Assembly: GCA_964016885.1 (NCBI GenBank)
Contig: OZ024755.1
Span: forward strand, 41,292,001-41,356,000
DNA from: Eledone cirrhosa
Taxonomy: Eukaryota
DNA length: 64,000 bases
Reading direction: 5' to 3'
Shown: positions 1 to 12,489 of the stretch, piece after piece
Position numbering within the stretch: position 1 is the stretch's first letter
Layout of the letters: each line of letters opens with the position of its first letter
Notes under the pieces: generated by a model
The model's database searches: none
Told to the model about the DNA's origin: nothing
What the model saw: the letters and a program-made list of their open reading frames with translations, nothing else
Made by a program: the position numbers and the translations under genes

Positions 1-543
1 GGGGACCTATCCAGATCATCTCTTCTGCTTTTGTCTCTATTGATACCCTCCCTTTTGTCTGTGGCCATGCTAGTGCTGCAGTGGTGGGTTCAAGGCATCT
101 AGTCAGTCTAAGGGGATTGTATGTGGTGTTGGTATTTATTACGGTGGGTGCAGTGGGCGGGCATGACCTCTGTGGTAGCCGGTACTGCCTTTAGTACGTC
201 GGCCAATATGCTCACCCACACCATCGGTGGTGGGCACAGTGGTTATGGCCAAGAGGTTGGGGTTTGGCGCACGAGAACTATCAACTCTGCAGCAGGTGAT
301 ACGGTCCTTGTGACCAACCCTGACCACAATTTAACTTAGACCAAAGTCTCCAATGGAGGGCGAGGGGCGTATAAGCTCGACAAACAAATATAAGAGATTT
401 GATCACTTTAACTATATTTTTATTGATAAGTCCCGTATGTTACTGACGAACAACTTCTTTTCTTTTTCTCTGTTTAATATATATATGTGTGTGTTTCCGA
501 TCCTCCCTGCCCATCCATTCAATCTTTCTTATTTTTAATTCTT

Positions 544-579
544 TCTTCTGATGAAGGACTAGCGTCCGAAACGTTAAGA
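544..579 (+). ncRNA. Minimal type I hammerhead ribozyme
   Basis: tctt-CTGATGA-a-ggac(tagc)gtcc-GAAA-cgt-t-aaga. Helix I tctt/aaga, palindromic helix III ACGT. Confidence 0.75.
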
Positions 580-660
580 CCCTCTTCCTTCTATTTCAAG
601 CATTAAACAAATTTATTCCTTCCATATACTGTACCGATTGTGTTGTTATTTCTGTTTACC

Positions 661-736
<76 letters not shown>

Positions 737-739
<3 letters not shown>

Positions 740-1468
740 ACCATTTTATCAATTCATTAATTATTTATAGCACAAATCCCCTTTAACGATGTCTAAACAG
801 CTTACAAATAAGCCCCATCTCAACCTAGTATAACCTACCTCCCTTATGTCTCCCCTCCTTCCTTTCCACTCACTCTCCAGTGACAAACTGATGACCAGCA
901 GAAACCCCCCTACCCCTAGTACAACACACCACTCATTCATGTCCCATCACACACGGCCCTACCACATCCACACCACACACTGCACCTCCGCCTCACCATG
1001 TTCACACCAACATGTCTATGACAAGCCAAAACACTACAACCCCACAACTCACATCAACCATCGCTCCCCACCATCACCTCGTCACTATACCCCCCCCCCC
1101 CCACCTATCACACATGCCAAAGCATTCCTCATAGCTAATCCACCAATCAAAACAACATAAATTGACCACCATATGAACGCGAAACTTTACAGACATTTCT
1201 ATGCTTTATATGTTCATTCTGGCATTACCACAGCAGAGGTCCGACGAGCTTTTGATTCCAGAGTCGGGTCAGATCGATACAGATCGAACCTTGGGCTGAT
1301 CAATAGCGAAACGCGCGTGACCAATCAATAAACGTAATGAAGGCTTAACAAATCATCCTTGTATTATTATATCACACTCTATTTAGCTCCACACCTCACC
1401 ACAGACGTGAACTTAAACATCCAGTGCTCACCTGGGTGAACCTACAGTAACTTCACGTTACACTCCCT

Positions 1469-1470
<2 letters not shown>
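737..1470 (+). mobile_element. 3' end of a PLE-like family with a degenerate HHR (1238-1322), between (TA)n tracts
   Basis: ggt-CCGACGA...GAAA-cgcgcgt-g-acc followed by aataaa. Same family as 9197-9716 and 6690-6755. Confidence 0.55.
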
Positions 1471-1551
<81 letters not shown>

Positions 1552-1555
<4 letters not shown>

Positions 1556-1968
1556 TTGTGTATAATGGTAGCTATGGTGCTTGCATAGGCGGTATGCCAA
1601 AATTAGCACTCGATGTTCAGCAGAGTAGAGTGTAGTTAGTATAAAGAAAACGAAAAATCAGTGATGCATCTGGACTTAATTTATTGCGTGTTACAATTGT
1701 TTCGCCGGCAGGTAGCTCGAGTCATGGTCCTTGTATGGATCTGGCTGATTTTACTTCTGCGGGTTCTTTCAGACACGGGTATTTCGTTTGGAGCAAATTG
1801 TGATAAAATTTGCTCCAAACGAAATATCCGTGTCTGAAAGAACCTGCAGAAGTAGAATCAGCCAGATCCATACAAGGACCATGACTCGAGCTACCTGCCG
1901 GCGAAACAATTGTAACACGCAATAAATTAAGTCCAGATGCATCACTGATTTTTCGTTTTCTTTATACT
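1552..1968. mobile_element. Fold-back element in (TA)n with HHRs at 1829-1919 (+) and 1687-1777 (-)
   Basis: Inverted arms ~1637-1800 and ~1807-1968. cgtgt-CTGAAAGA...GAAA-caattgt-a-acacg then aataaa. Same family as 35127-35520. Confidence 0.75.
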
Positions 1969-2208
1969 ATATATATATATATATATATGCCATCATACGT
2001 TTCTGAGCATTGTTTTATTTTTATGTAGATTCAGTTAATATTGCTGTCTATGAAGGACATACTGGGCGGTTCTGTCCCCCCGGTCTCTTATAGGTTGTTC
2101 ACATACGTTGTACAAAAATTTAGGCGAACGTCGTAGTTCGTTGATCTTCATTTTCCTTTCAGTGCTACGTTTCCACATCACCAACCCTTTATTTTGATAT
2201 AATTCTAG

Positions 2209-2360
2209 ATCCGGTAAAATATATCCAGTAACAGCCACACTGCCACTTCTGAAATATACAAGTTGTGAAGGAAACGAGATTTCGTTAGCTCAATGTCCAA
2301 GTTTAATTTGGAGTACAAGTTGTCCAAAAAATCAAATCATTGGCATAACTCTTTCAAAAG
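2209..2360 (+). CDS. Multi-SRCR protein exon, second half of SRCR domain 0
   Basis: ttctag acceptor, g|gtaag donor, 152 nt, phase 2-1. Reads SGKIYPVTATLPLLKYTSCEGNEISLAQCPSLIWSTSCPKNQIIGITLSK, with the CxGNExSLxxC SRCR motif. Confidence 0.8.
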
Positions 2361-2514
2361 GTAAGATATTGTTTATAGTATTTATAGTGGGAGAGTTGTC
2401 GTTTATGTTGAGTACTATTGTTGTTTTAGGCGGCAAATTGAGTCATGAGATTGTCAGATAGAATCCCGTCGAGGTCAACTTTGTCTGTCGTCTTTTCCAG
2501 AATTATGTAGTATG

Positions 2515-3066
2515 TATGTATGTATGGAGAGTTAGTTAAAGAAAAACGACCGCCACATAAACCAAAAAAGAGGTATAAGGATTCCTTGAAAGCCTCTTTG
2601 AAAGACGCTAACATCTCTGCTGATACATGGGAAAATGTTGCTGCTGATCGTAATAAATGGAGAAAGACTGTATTTGAGGGGAAAGTTGCCTTTGAGGCAT
2701 ATAGAACCGCATACGAGAAAGTTAAGCGGGATGTGAGGAAGGGCATTACTGCTGCATTTCCAGATAGTGAAGGTCCTCCTATGGCGCTGACATGCAGCGT
2801 CTGTGCGAGACTCTGCCTCAGCAAAGCTGGACTCGAAAGTCATCTTCGCAGTCATAAAGTGAGACCAGTGGTTGACTACCATGCTTGCCAAGCATGTGGT
2901 AGAGAATGTAAATCAGCAGGAGGGCTCAAACGACATTCAAAAGTACATGAACTCCAACCACAGCCGGCTATTCCCAGTGAATGTTTTGGTTGCCGACTCT
3001 GTGCAACACATTTTAGATCATTGGCTGGGCTAAAAATCTACATTCGATTGCAGCACCATTAATTGT
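2515..3066 (+). mobile_element. RTE-clade LINE 3' fragment with C2H2 zinc fingers
   Basis: YGELVKEKRPPHKPKKRYKDSLK...W..VAADRNKWR (RTE C-terminus), plus three CxxC...LxxH fingers. Confidence 0.8.
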
Positions 3067-3144
3067 TAATATATATGTGTGTATATGTATGTATGTGTGT
3101 GTGAGTGTATATGTATATGTATATATGTATACATGTATATATGT

Positions 3145-3187
<43 letters not shown>

Positions 3188-3190
<3 letters not shown>

Positions 3191-3380
3191 AAGTATGACG
3201 CCGACGGCAGAGCTCAAGCCGTTTTGACGGCTATTTCTGGACTCTAGAAATAACCGTCGAAATGGCTTGAGCTCTGCCGTCGGGGTCATACTTTTTCCTA
3301 TTTCCCACTCTACTACTCTAAGTATTGAGTACTCTGGTGCGTTATGGTCCATCTGGTTCCTTACCACATTTCCTTTGTTA
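3188..3380 (+). mobile_element. Short fold-back 3'-end element (HHR 3' half plus tail), family of PLE 27713-29302
   Basis: Hairpin 3188-3297 followed by the conserved tail cccactctact...ttccttaccacatttcc. Flanked by (TA)n. Confidence 0.75.
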
Positions 3381-3388
3381 TATATATA

Positions 3389-6181
3389 TACGTCCTCATC
3401 AGACAAAATATAATGATACATGACATACCCTGAGATGTTAAATGGTTAAGATTTAATCAAGGTAGTGATTAACCTAAGAGAAAACTCAACATTTATACCC
3501 TAATAATGAGAAAATGCGAAAACGTAATAAATTCAATAGAGAATGTGTGAGTAAGAAAGACGTTGGATAATGTGACAGCTATAGAGATTTTAAAATGTAG
3601 GATACTACAAGTTATGGTTATCTAGGAAAACATCTCATGGATTATAACTGTCCATGAGGGCCGCTGAAAGAGGATTTAAAGAGAGGGAAAGATAAAGGGG
3701 AGTAATATATGCAGAAAGAAATTTTTTCCCCAAAGCTAAACGGTTAAGTTTCAAAATATTTAATTTATGTTATTTTAAGGGTGAAGAATCAAGATTTTAG
3801 GTTTTTTTTAAAGTTGCTGGTTATTTATATTTATTAATTTTATAAATTCTATAAGTGTGTTAACATTTCTAAACTTCTGAATTTTATGAGGATAAAATTT
3901 AAAGGATTTACCTGGCCAGCGAAAGGAAAATTTACACTGTTGAATATTTTCCTAAATGTAATCTTTAACGAAGATTACCTATAAAAATGTCAACATTTTC
4001 GGTATGTAAAGCTTATGAAGTACTTATTGTTAGAAATATTTAAATAACGATTAGGTATATAGAGATATATTAATGAGCCAGTATATTTTAGGTAACTGAT
4101 AAACGAATATAAAATAATAGATTCAAACATGCTAAAGTTAAATAGATACATATATATAGTACATATGCATGAATTATTCACAGTTCAAAATAAATAATAA
4201 TCTAAAAATCTAGAAGTTATCTAAAAATTATGTATAGAGAGATACAGAGAGGTATATATAGATATATATTAAGTATTAGTGATACTTTAGGTAAATTATA
4301 ACGATTATAATCTTATATAATAGATTTCAACGTGTTACAGTTAAATACATACATATATATAAGAAAAATAATAATAAATGCATGGATAATTCAGAGTTCA
4401 AAATAAGGTCCGTAATAATTTACAGGCTGGATATTTGCTCTATATTTGGATCATGGATAGAAAAATAAGGTAGGTATATTTAAAAACTTACAAAAAGATG
4501 ATTACATACATATTATAAATAAAAAATGTAAACACATGTTTAACACAGTTAAAAATAAGTTCCGTAAAAATATATAGGATCTCGATTGTACAGAGCGCGC
4601 AGTTATTTGATATACTAGAGTTGCGGTAAACTCCACAATTCCGAAGTTTTGTCCAAAAAATGGAGCATTTTAAATTCCTCTCTTTTAATGACCATATGAG
4701 CTGTGATAAAGAAGTGGATGATTTCCTCTTGGAGTTCGAGAATGAGCATTTATGGTTCGCAAATCTGGCTTTAAATGTAGAAGTCGATCCTATGTAGTTG
4801 TATGCGTTGTGATCAGTTTTTACGGTGCATTTATAAACCAAATTACTATCTAGACAATTATTTTGCAGAGGGCAGTCAGTTTTATTTCTACAATTACATT
4901 TTGGTTTAGTATCATTTATGTTAACGCTATTATTAAGATCATTATGCTGGTTTTGTTTTAGAATTTTAGTGTTTAATTTGGCAATGTTTTGGGCCATGTT
5001 CATAGTTGTAGAATACGAGAATTTAATGGTGTGTCTATTAAAAATGGAATGGTATTTATATTGAGTAGGGAAAGAGGTGTCCAAAGCATTAAAGAATAAT
5101 TTTGCAATTGGTGTTCTAACTGCGACCGAAACAGGGGGGGGGGGCGAACCATATGACTGATTTAGTTCTAGTTCTTTTCCTCAAATTTTTTTGCGTATGG
5201 GTGTTTGAATTATAATTATTAGAGTTTCTCTTATATATGTTATTATTTTCTACATATTCTATATTATTCACATATCCTGCTCTTTTTAACGCGTTGTTGT
5301 AGTATTCATCGTTTTCATCAAATATAGATTTATTGGCTGATATTTTATTAATTCGTTTTTGCACACTATTTACTATAGCTTTTTTTTTTACAGATTTAGG
5401 GTGATTGGAATGGTTACTAACATAGTTTAAGTTTTCATTGGGCTTATGAAAAAGGTAATAGAAGCCAGTGTTTAAGTTAAACGTAACGTCTAGGAAATTA
5501 ACTATTTTGGTACCATTTTCTACAGAACTTAATACACTTATAGAATTTATAAAATTAATAAATATAAATAACCAGCAACTTTTAAAAAAACCTAAAATCT
5601 TGATTCTTCACCCTTAAAATAACATAAATTAAATATTTTGAAACTTAACCGTTTAGTTTTGGGGAAAAAAATCTCTTTCTGCATATATTACTCCCCTTTA
5701 TCTTTCCCTCTCTTTAAATCCTCTTTCAGCTGACTTCATGGACAGTTATAATCCATGAGATGTTTTCCTAGATAACCATAACTTGTAGTATCCTACATTT
5801 TAAAATCTCTATAGCTGTCACATTATCCAACGTCTTTCTTACTCACACATTCTCTATTGAATTTATTACGTTTTCGCATTTTCTCATTATTAGGGTATAA
5901 ATGTTGAGTTTTCTCTTAGGTTAATCACTACCTTGATTAAATCTTAACCATTTAACATCTCAGGGTATGTCATGTATCATTATATTTTGTCTGATGAGGA
6001 CGTACTATTGTACCTCTGAAATATGTATAATAAAATTTAATTGATCAAAAGAACATCTATTTTATTAATATTTGTATTTTAATATTAATAACTCTGGAAA
6101 ATATTTTGTTCTGTAGAGTGCTTCCAGTCTACTGTAAAACTCATTATTTGATGTACTCATTGAATCTTGTTTAACTCTTTA
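3389..6181 (-). mobile_element. Penelope-like retroelement, 5'-truncated, with an inverted copy of its 3' end
   Basis: Minus-strand frameshifted ORF 4488-5520: VNFLDVTFNL, IWFAPP, CNCRNKTDCPLQNNC, YIGSTS-FKARFANH (GIY-YIG), CALC. Inverted arms 3389-3863 and 5529-6004. Confidence 0.9.
5984..6036 (+). ncRNA. Type I hammerhead ribozyme in the PLE terminal repeat
   Basis: attttgt-CTGATGA-ggacgtac(tatt)gtacctct-GAAA-tatgtat-a-ataaaat. Confidence 0.72.
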
Positions 6182-6231
<50 letters not shown>

Positions 6232-6522
6232 ATAATATATATATATATATAAACACACACATATATTATGTATATATACATATGCATACATACGTATATA
6301 ATGTATGTACATGTGTGTGTGTGTGTGTATATATATTCAGATATATAATGTATGTATGTATATATGTGTTTGTGTATATTTATTCATATATATATTGTAT
6401 GTACATATATGTGTGTGTACATATTCATATATATAATGTCTATATATAATGTGTGTATGTATATCTATTAATATATATAATGTATGTATATATGTGTGTA
6501 TAATGTTTCATGTTATTTCTAG

Positions 6523-6655
6523 ATATCCGATTATCTACCCACGGCCATAGTCGTGGTAGAGTGGAAATTTTATACAACAATATCTGGGGTGGAATATGTG
6601 CCGACCAGTGGACTGAGCAGAACGCAATAGTCACGTGCAAGTCATTGGGATACAT
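6523..6655 (+). CDS. Multi-SRCR protein exon, first half of SRCR domain 1
   Basis: ttctag / at|gtaag, 133 nt, phase 1-2. DIRLSTHGHSRGRVEILYNNIWGGICADQWTEQNAIVTCKSLGY. Confidence 0.92.
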
Positions 6656-6752
6656 GTAAGTAGCATCACACACACACACATATATATATATTGAAAGGAT
6701 AACAAGGACGATTGGTTACTCCTTCATTGCATTTATTGGTAGGTGACGCGCG

Positions 6753-6785
<33 letters not shown>

Positions 6786-6787
<2 letters not shown>

Positions 6788-6918
6788 AACGAGTAGGACC
6801 CCGACGGCTGAGCTCAGCCGTCGGGGTCCTACTCGTTCCTATTACCCACTCTACTACCCTAAGTATTGAGTACTTTGGTGCGTTATGGTCCACCTGGTTC
6901 CTTACCACATTTCCTTCG

Positions 6919-6922
<4 letters not shown>
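6786..6922 (+). mobile_element. Short fold-back 3'-end element centred on HHR helix III
   Basis: Perfect palindrome ggaacgagtaggaccccgacggctgagctcagccgtcggggtcctactcgttcc, plus the family tail, in (TA)n. Confidence 0.75.
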
Positions 6923-6988
<66 letters not shown>

Positions 6989-7018
6989 AGATCAAAAGAT
7001 AGTTAAAAGAGTTCCATG

Positions 7019-7089
7019 TATTTTATTATGCGCATTTCAAAAACAAATATCATCATGCAATAACATTTGTATTTTCATCAGATAAAATA
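7019..7089 (-). ncRNA. Type I hammerhead ribozyme
   Basis: Minus strand: tattttat-CTGATGA-aaatacaaatgttatt..gatatttgttttt-GAAA-tgcgcat-a-ataaaata. 8-bp helix I, palindromic ATGCGCAT. Confidence 0.82.
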
Positions 7090-8042
7090 GGAAGACATGA
7101 TATGAAGGTTAAAAACACTTGTGGATAGTGCAGTTTTAAATCAACTGTTGAAAAGTAGTTTTAGATTGATGTGTGATATTGGGAAAAAAAATTTGAGGGG
7201 GGGGGGGGGATGAAAAAGAGGAGGAGATGAGAGTAAAAAGAGGAGGAGGAGGAGTATAATGAGGAAGGATGAGATAGGAGGAGAGATGGGTGGTAGAGAG
7301 AGAGAGATAGCTTTTATAACTGAGAAACATATATTGTTTTACATAGAGAGGTTGAAAAACCGTTGGAAGATAATGTATAAATTAAAAGAATTTGAAAATT
7401 AATGAAGAGAAAAATAATGTAAAGTTAAGGTTTGTATATTGAAGGGTTTAATAATATGTGCGATGAAAAGAAATTGTTAATATGTATTAAGAATAATATT
7501 TAAGGGTTTAATAATATGTGCGATGGAAAGAAAATGTTGATATGTATTATTAAAAAAACAAAAGTAATGTAAGTAAGGATATATTGTGAGATGAGCATGA
7601 ATAAGTTAGATGAAAGTGAGAAAGAAATAACGAATAGAGGATGAATAATCTAACGTCAAAAAAAATGTTTATGATTACGAAGGATTTTTTCAAGGTGATA
7701 TAAAGTAAGAATATATTGTATTGTGTAATAATTGTTTCTATGTTAGGCACAGTGAGAAAAGGTACAGATTAGGGGTTAGAAATTAAAAGAAAAAGAAAAG
7801 AAAAGGAAAAGGAAGAAAGGGGAGTGATAAATAGGAGTGATATAGAATGAGTAACAAGTATTATATAATGTATAATAAATAACTTTGAAATAAGGTAGAA
7901 AGATGGGTATATTTTTAAAGAAGTATATATATATATATGTGCCTTTGAGAAAAGGATTCTGAATTGATAAAGTTTAGGATATTAGCTGTATACTTTATGG
8001 AAAGTTCTCTGGAATTTATGCAAACAGATAGAAAACAAGTCG

Positions 8043-8708
8043 GCATAGGTTAATTATAACGTTCGCGAAAATGAAAGTGAATTTTCTGACAAGTGAATGT
8101 GTTTTTTTGTTTTTTTTTACAGTGAAATTTACGATACACTCTTTGTTTATTTACAACAGGTCTCTATAGTGATATGGTGTTAATTAGTATTGGGTGTGTG
8201 ATTATTTTCTCTTATATATATATGTGTGTGGGTGTGTATATGTGTGTATATATATGTGTGTCTGTATGTATATATATATGTGTGTTTGTATATATACATG
8301 TGTTTGTGTCATCATCATCGTTTAGATGTTTTTGTAATATCTTGCCAAAGTTGGCACCAACTATAAACAAATTAAGGCCGGGTCATAAGAAGGACAGAGA
8401 ATGATAAGGGATTTGGGTAAAAACATCTAAACGATGATGATGACACAAACACATATATATATATACAAACACACATATATATATACATACAGACACATAT
8501 ATATACACACATATACACACCCACACATATATATATAAGAGAAAATAATCACACACGCAATACTAATTAACACCATATCACTATAGAGACCTGTTGTAAA
8601 TTAACAAAGAATGTATCGTAAATTTCACTGTAAAAAATAAAAAAAAAAACACATTCACTTGTCAGAAAATTCACTTTCATTTCGCGAACGTTATAATTAA
8701 CTTATGCC
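8043..8708. repeat. Fold-back (inverted repeat) element
   Basis: Arms ~8043-8333 and ~8419-8708 are near-perfect reverse complements with a ~85-nt spacer. Confidence 0.8.
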
Positions 8709-8918
8709 AACAAGTCAGTGCGTCTATTTATTATAGAATCTAAGTTAGATATAATGGTAAATTTTTCATTTAGACAGAGATTGCAAGTCTTGGATAGAGA
8801 ACTTTTTGATCTTATATATTATGTATACTCCAGTCCTACAAACTGTAGAGTGCTTCTTATCCGATATCTGCATTGCTTTATTGTACTACAATAAAACTCA
8901 CCTCCTACATATATATAT

Positions 8919-8968
<50 letters not shown>

Positions 8969-8989
8969 TCTGCTTAAAAAAAAAAATCG

Positions 8990-9086
8990 AGACATATCTG
9001 AGGATCTGGCGATTTCAGAGTCAGGTTCGATCATCATATCGATTGTGCCTCGAGCTGGTCGCCAGAGAAACGATTGTAATATGTCT
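8990..9086 (+). ncRNA. Type I hammerhead ribozyme with extended helix II
   Basis: agacatat-CTGAGGA-tctggcga...tcgccaga-GAAA-cgattgt-a-atatgtct, then aataaa. Confidence 0.85.
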
Positions 9087-9129
9087 AATAAATTCTAATT
9101 CGTCGCACCGCTGATTCTCCGTTTCTTAT

Positions 9130-9196
<67 letters not shown>

Positions 9197-9200
<4 letters not shown>

Positions 9201-9712
9201 AGTGTAACTTGGAGTTACTGCAGGTTCACCCGGGAGAGCACTCGATGTTTAGGTTCACTTCGGTGTTGAGGTGTAGAGCTATACAGAGTGTAATATATTG
9301 AAAGGATAACAAGGACGATTAGTTACTCCTTCATTACATTTATTGGTAGGTGACGCGCGTTTCGCCACTGATCAGCTCAAGGTTCGATCTGTATCGATCT
9401 TACCCGACTCAATAATCGGCAGCTCGACGGACCCTTTAAAATGCTGTAAGAAAATCTTTTTTTTTATAGCATTTTAAAGGGTCCGTCGAGCTGCCGATTA
9501 TTGAGAAGGGGAAAATCGATACAGATCGAACCTTGAGCTGATCAGTGGCGAAACGCGCGTCACCTACCAATAAATGTAATGAAGGAGTAACTAATCGTCC
9601 TTGTTATCTTATTTCACTATAATACACTGTCTAGCTCTACACCTCAACACCGAAGTGAACCTAAACATCGAGTGCTCACCCGGGTGAACCTGCAGTAACT
9701 CCAAGTTACACT

Positions 9713-9716
<4 letters not shown>
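9197..9716. mobile_element. Fold-back element in (TA)n with degenerate-core HHRs (9480-9564 +, ~9349-9433 -)
   Basis: Inverted arms ~9197-9447 and ~9466-9716. ggt-CCGTCGA-gctgccga...tcagtggc-GAAA-cgcgcgt-c-acc. Confidence 0.7.
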
Positions 9717-9783
<67 letters not shown>

Positions 9784-9826
9784 ATAAGAAACGGAGAATC
9801 AGCGGTGTGACGAATTAAAATTTATT

Positions 9827-9923
9827 AGACATATTACAATCGTTTCTCTGGCGACCAGCTCGAAGCACAATCGATATGATGATCGAACCTGACTCTGAAA
9901 TCGCCAGATCCTCAGATACGTCT
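9827..9923 (-). ncRNA. Type I hammerhead ribozyme, inverted copy of 8990-9086
   Basis: Reverse complement of 8990-9086 with a few substitutions. Confidence 0.8.
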
Positions 9924-9956
9924 CGATTTTTGAAGCAGAGTTTCTCTCTCTATCTA

Positions 9957-10029
<73 letters not shown>

Positions 10030-10149
10030 TATTTATAAAAGACACCAAAGAATGAATGCATTTTCAAACAAAAACATGTTTCAGCATTAAGCTACTAACC
10101 TTCGGTAACGTTTTAATACTCAACTTAATAATATTATTGTTATTATCAC

Positions 10150-10233
<84 letters not shown>

Positions 10234-10654
10234 GTATTTTTATATTGAATGATATACGGGATGTTTATGAGAAACATTTGAGAGCCTTTTGCTATGATCT
10301 TTTAAGTGGTAACCACAACGCCACACAACTAATCTCAGCAAATACAAATGTGTACATATATGTGTATAATTTCAGCAAATGCAAGTGTATATTATTCAAT
10401 ATATAAATATGTACATACATGAGTATAATGTTCTGTTGGAGCACTAATACAAATGTTTAATTTAAGACTGGCCAGCTACTACTCCGGATTGTTCATATAC
10501 ATAAGTTCAAAATGTATAAGATTCTAGCTTATTTTAACTTCAGCAGAAGTAGGGAAATATCTTGTCTTGATAAACGGTAACGAGCGAGAAACAACGTGTC
10601 GTTGATTATTTCCCCTTGCTGGTGTTAGATGTGTGACGTTGGTTACTACCTTAA

Positions 10655-11110
10655 AGATTCTGGCCTGGCAGTTCTATTGAGGAGCTTTGCCAGTTCGAGA
10701 TAAACTCTACAAACATGGAAGTGCCGTCAGCCGGGTCTGTCTAAGATACGTGTGGGGCGAGAAAACCGACCTGCACACAATCATCCAGTGTCTGAGCATT
10801 GCTGACTTATGGGTTTATGTCGAACACCTGCTGTCGCATGTGGGACAATTTCGGTTATCAACCGAGTCCATTGTGAAGATTAGTCAAGAAGGGCAGGGTG
10901 TTTTTATATGTCTTGTGGCCATGGCGAAAGAGGTTGTGCGGCTTGAAAGGTTTGAAGACAAACACTTTCCTCTCTGGCACAGCCCTGATTAACTTCTTCG
11001 GGTTCCACTTGAGGAAGAAAATGAGGGTGGAGAGATAAAGTACTGCCTTTAAAACAATTTGTTAGAAGGTGGGTGAGTGTGGTGAGCATGGTCCGTGTGA
11101 ATGGGCCCAT
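10655..11110 (+). mobile_element. L1/Tx1-like LINE 3' fragment (zf-RVT region)
   Basis: LPVRDKLYKHGSAVSRVC...LHTIIQC..IADLW. Homologous to 47640-48530 (-) and 51690-52125. Confidence 0.7.
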
Positions 11111-11207
11111 AATTCATTGGAAAATATGGTTACGGAAGGGTTAAATGCATCCAACGATAACAACAATAACAGCTACAATTGGTATTGACTTTGTTTTATC
11201 ATTTCAG

Positions 11208-11371
11208 CCACGGGAGAGTACTTAGAAAACAAATCCATCGTACAGGAAAAGTACTGTTGTCTGAGATACAATGTAACAGCAACAATACATATCTTCTCAA
11301 CTGTTCTCATGGCCCCTGGGGTCACCATGGTTGCCCGACATTCGAAAGAGCCGCCGTAGAATGTTATAGAC
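11208..11371 (+). CDS. Multi-SRCR protein exon, second half of SRCR domain 1
   Basis: tttcag / c|gtgag, 164 nt, phase 2-1. HGRVLRKQIHRTGKVLLSEIQCNSNNTYLLNCSHGPWGHHGCPTFERAAVECYR. Confidence 0.9.
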
Positions 11372-11383
11372 GTGAGATCTTTC

Positions 11384-11422
<39 letters not shown>

Positions 11423-11424
<2 letters not shown>

Positions 11425-11660
11425 GGGTGGTGGATTGGCAGTATCGGTAGAGCGTCGGACGCCATAATTTGCAGCATAGAGTTACGGTTCTTTACAGTCT
11501 GAGTTCAAATCCCGCCGAGGTTAACTTTACCTTTCATCATTTACAGGGTCAATAAAATAAAGCACCAGTAATGTACTGGGGTCGATTTAATCATCTTTCC
11601 CCTCCCCAAATTACTGGCCTTGTGCCTACACTAGAAATCATCATTATTATTATTATTGAG
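11423..11660 (+). mobile_element. tRNA-derived SINE with a Deu/Nin-type core (octopus OR2-like)
   Basis: tggcagtatcggtag A-box-like, gagttcaaatccc B box, core ttaactttgcctttcatcc..gggtcgataaaataaagtaccag, (TTA)n tail. Other copies: 11690-11840 (-), 16022-16210 (+), 16890-17075 (-), 17298-17490 (+), 47412-47597 (-), 49212-49395 (-), 52130-52340 (+), 60306-60455 (+), 61690-61880 (+). Confidence 0.8.
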
Positions 11661-11959
11661 ATTTAATATAATGTCTCTCCTGAGCTCAATCAGTAATAGT
11701 TTCTGATTTAGCCAGAACAATTTTGGAGGAAAGGAAATTCGATTAAATCGACCCCAGTGTATTCCTGGTACTTTATTTTATTGACTCCGTATAGATAAAA
11801 GGCAAAACTAACTCCGGTGGGATTTGAACTCAGAACTTTGAACTATGTAGCACAATGCATATCCATTAATGATGTATATTTACTTTGACAAAATATTAAA
11901 CACTCACTATTAATAACAATAGTGTAAGTATACAGAGACGGGGGTTTGTCAGAGTCATT

Positions 11960-12245
11960 TGGCCGTCACAGATGCCAATATAATATTAAAGATCAGCGAA
12001 AAGGAGAATATTTATGCAGAACAAATGAGAAATCTACAGATACTCCACCCTGATTATACCTTCAGATTTATACCTGTGGTTATTGGGGACACTGGGATAT
12101 GTTAGTAACTGCCTCAATACAAATCTTGAGAAGCTGGGCTTCACAGAAATAGAAAGGACACGACTAGTTAGGAAATTACAAGTACAATCCATTAATGGAA
12201 CAGTAAAAATATGTAAAACATTCCAAAAATCTGCATCAAATAACT
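11960..12245 (+). mobile_element. R4/Dong-like LINE C-terminal (RLE) fragment
   Basis: DANIILKISEKENIY...FRFIPVVIGTLGYV...LQVQSINGTVKICKTF. Confidence 0.65.
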
Positions 12246-12489
12246 ACATATACACATGTACAGATACAAAGCATATACACATGCACACATACAACTCAAA
12301 ACATCCACATCCACACATACAATAACATCCATATCTACACATGCATGCAGACATACATATCTACCTAGTTGATGTTGCGTAAATTCCAATGGAGAGTCTT
12401 GTATCTATGTTAGAAACCGACTTTCTCTCTATTGGGAAAACAATTATAAAACAATGAAACTAAAAGATCATACATACATATATACATAC

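Noticed and set aside
121-339. Short overlapping ORFs at the window start
   Set aside because: No recognisable motif or splice context. Probably UTR of the element carrying the HHR at 544.
2785-3060. Host C2H2 zinc-finger gene
   Set aside because: The fingers are in frame with an RTE C-terminus and end at a simple-repeat tail, so they are transposon-derived.
11423-11520. tRNA-like A/B boxes
   Set aside because: SINE heads with no cloverleaf, continuing into the SINE core.
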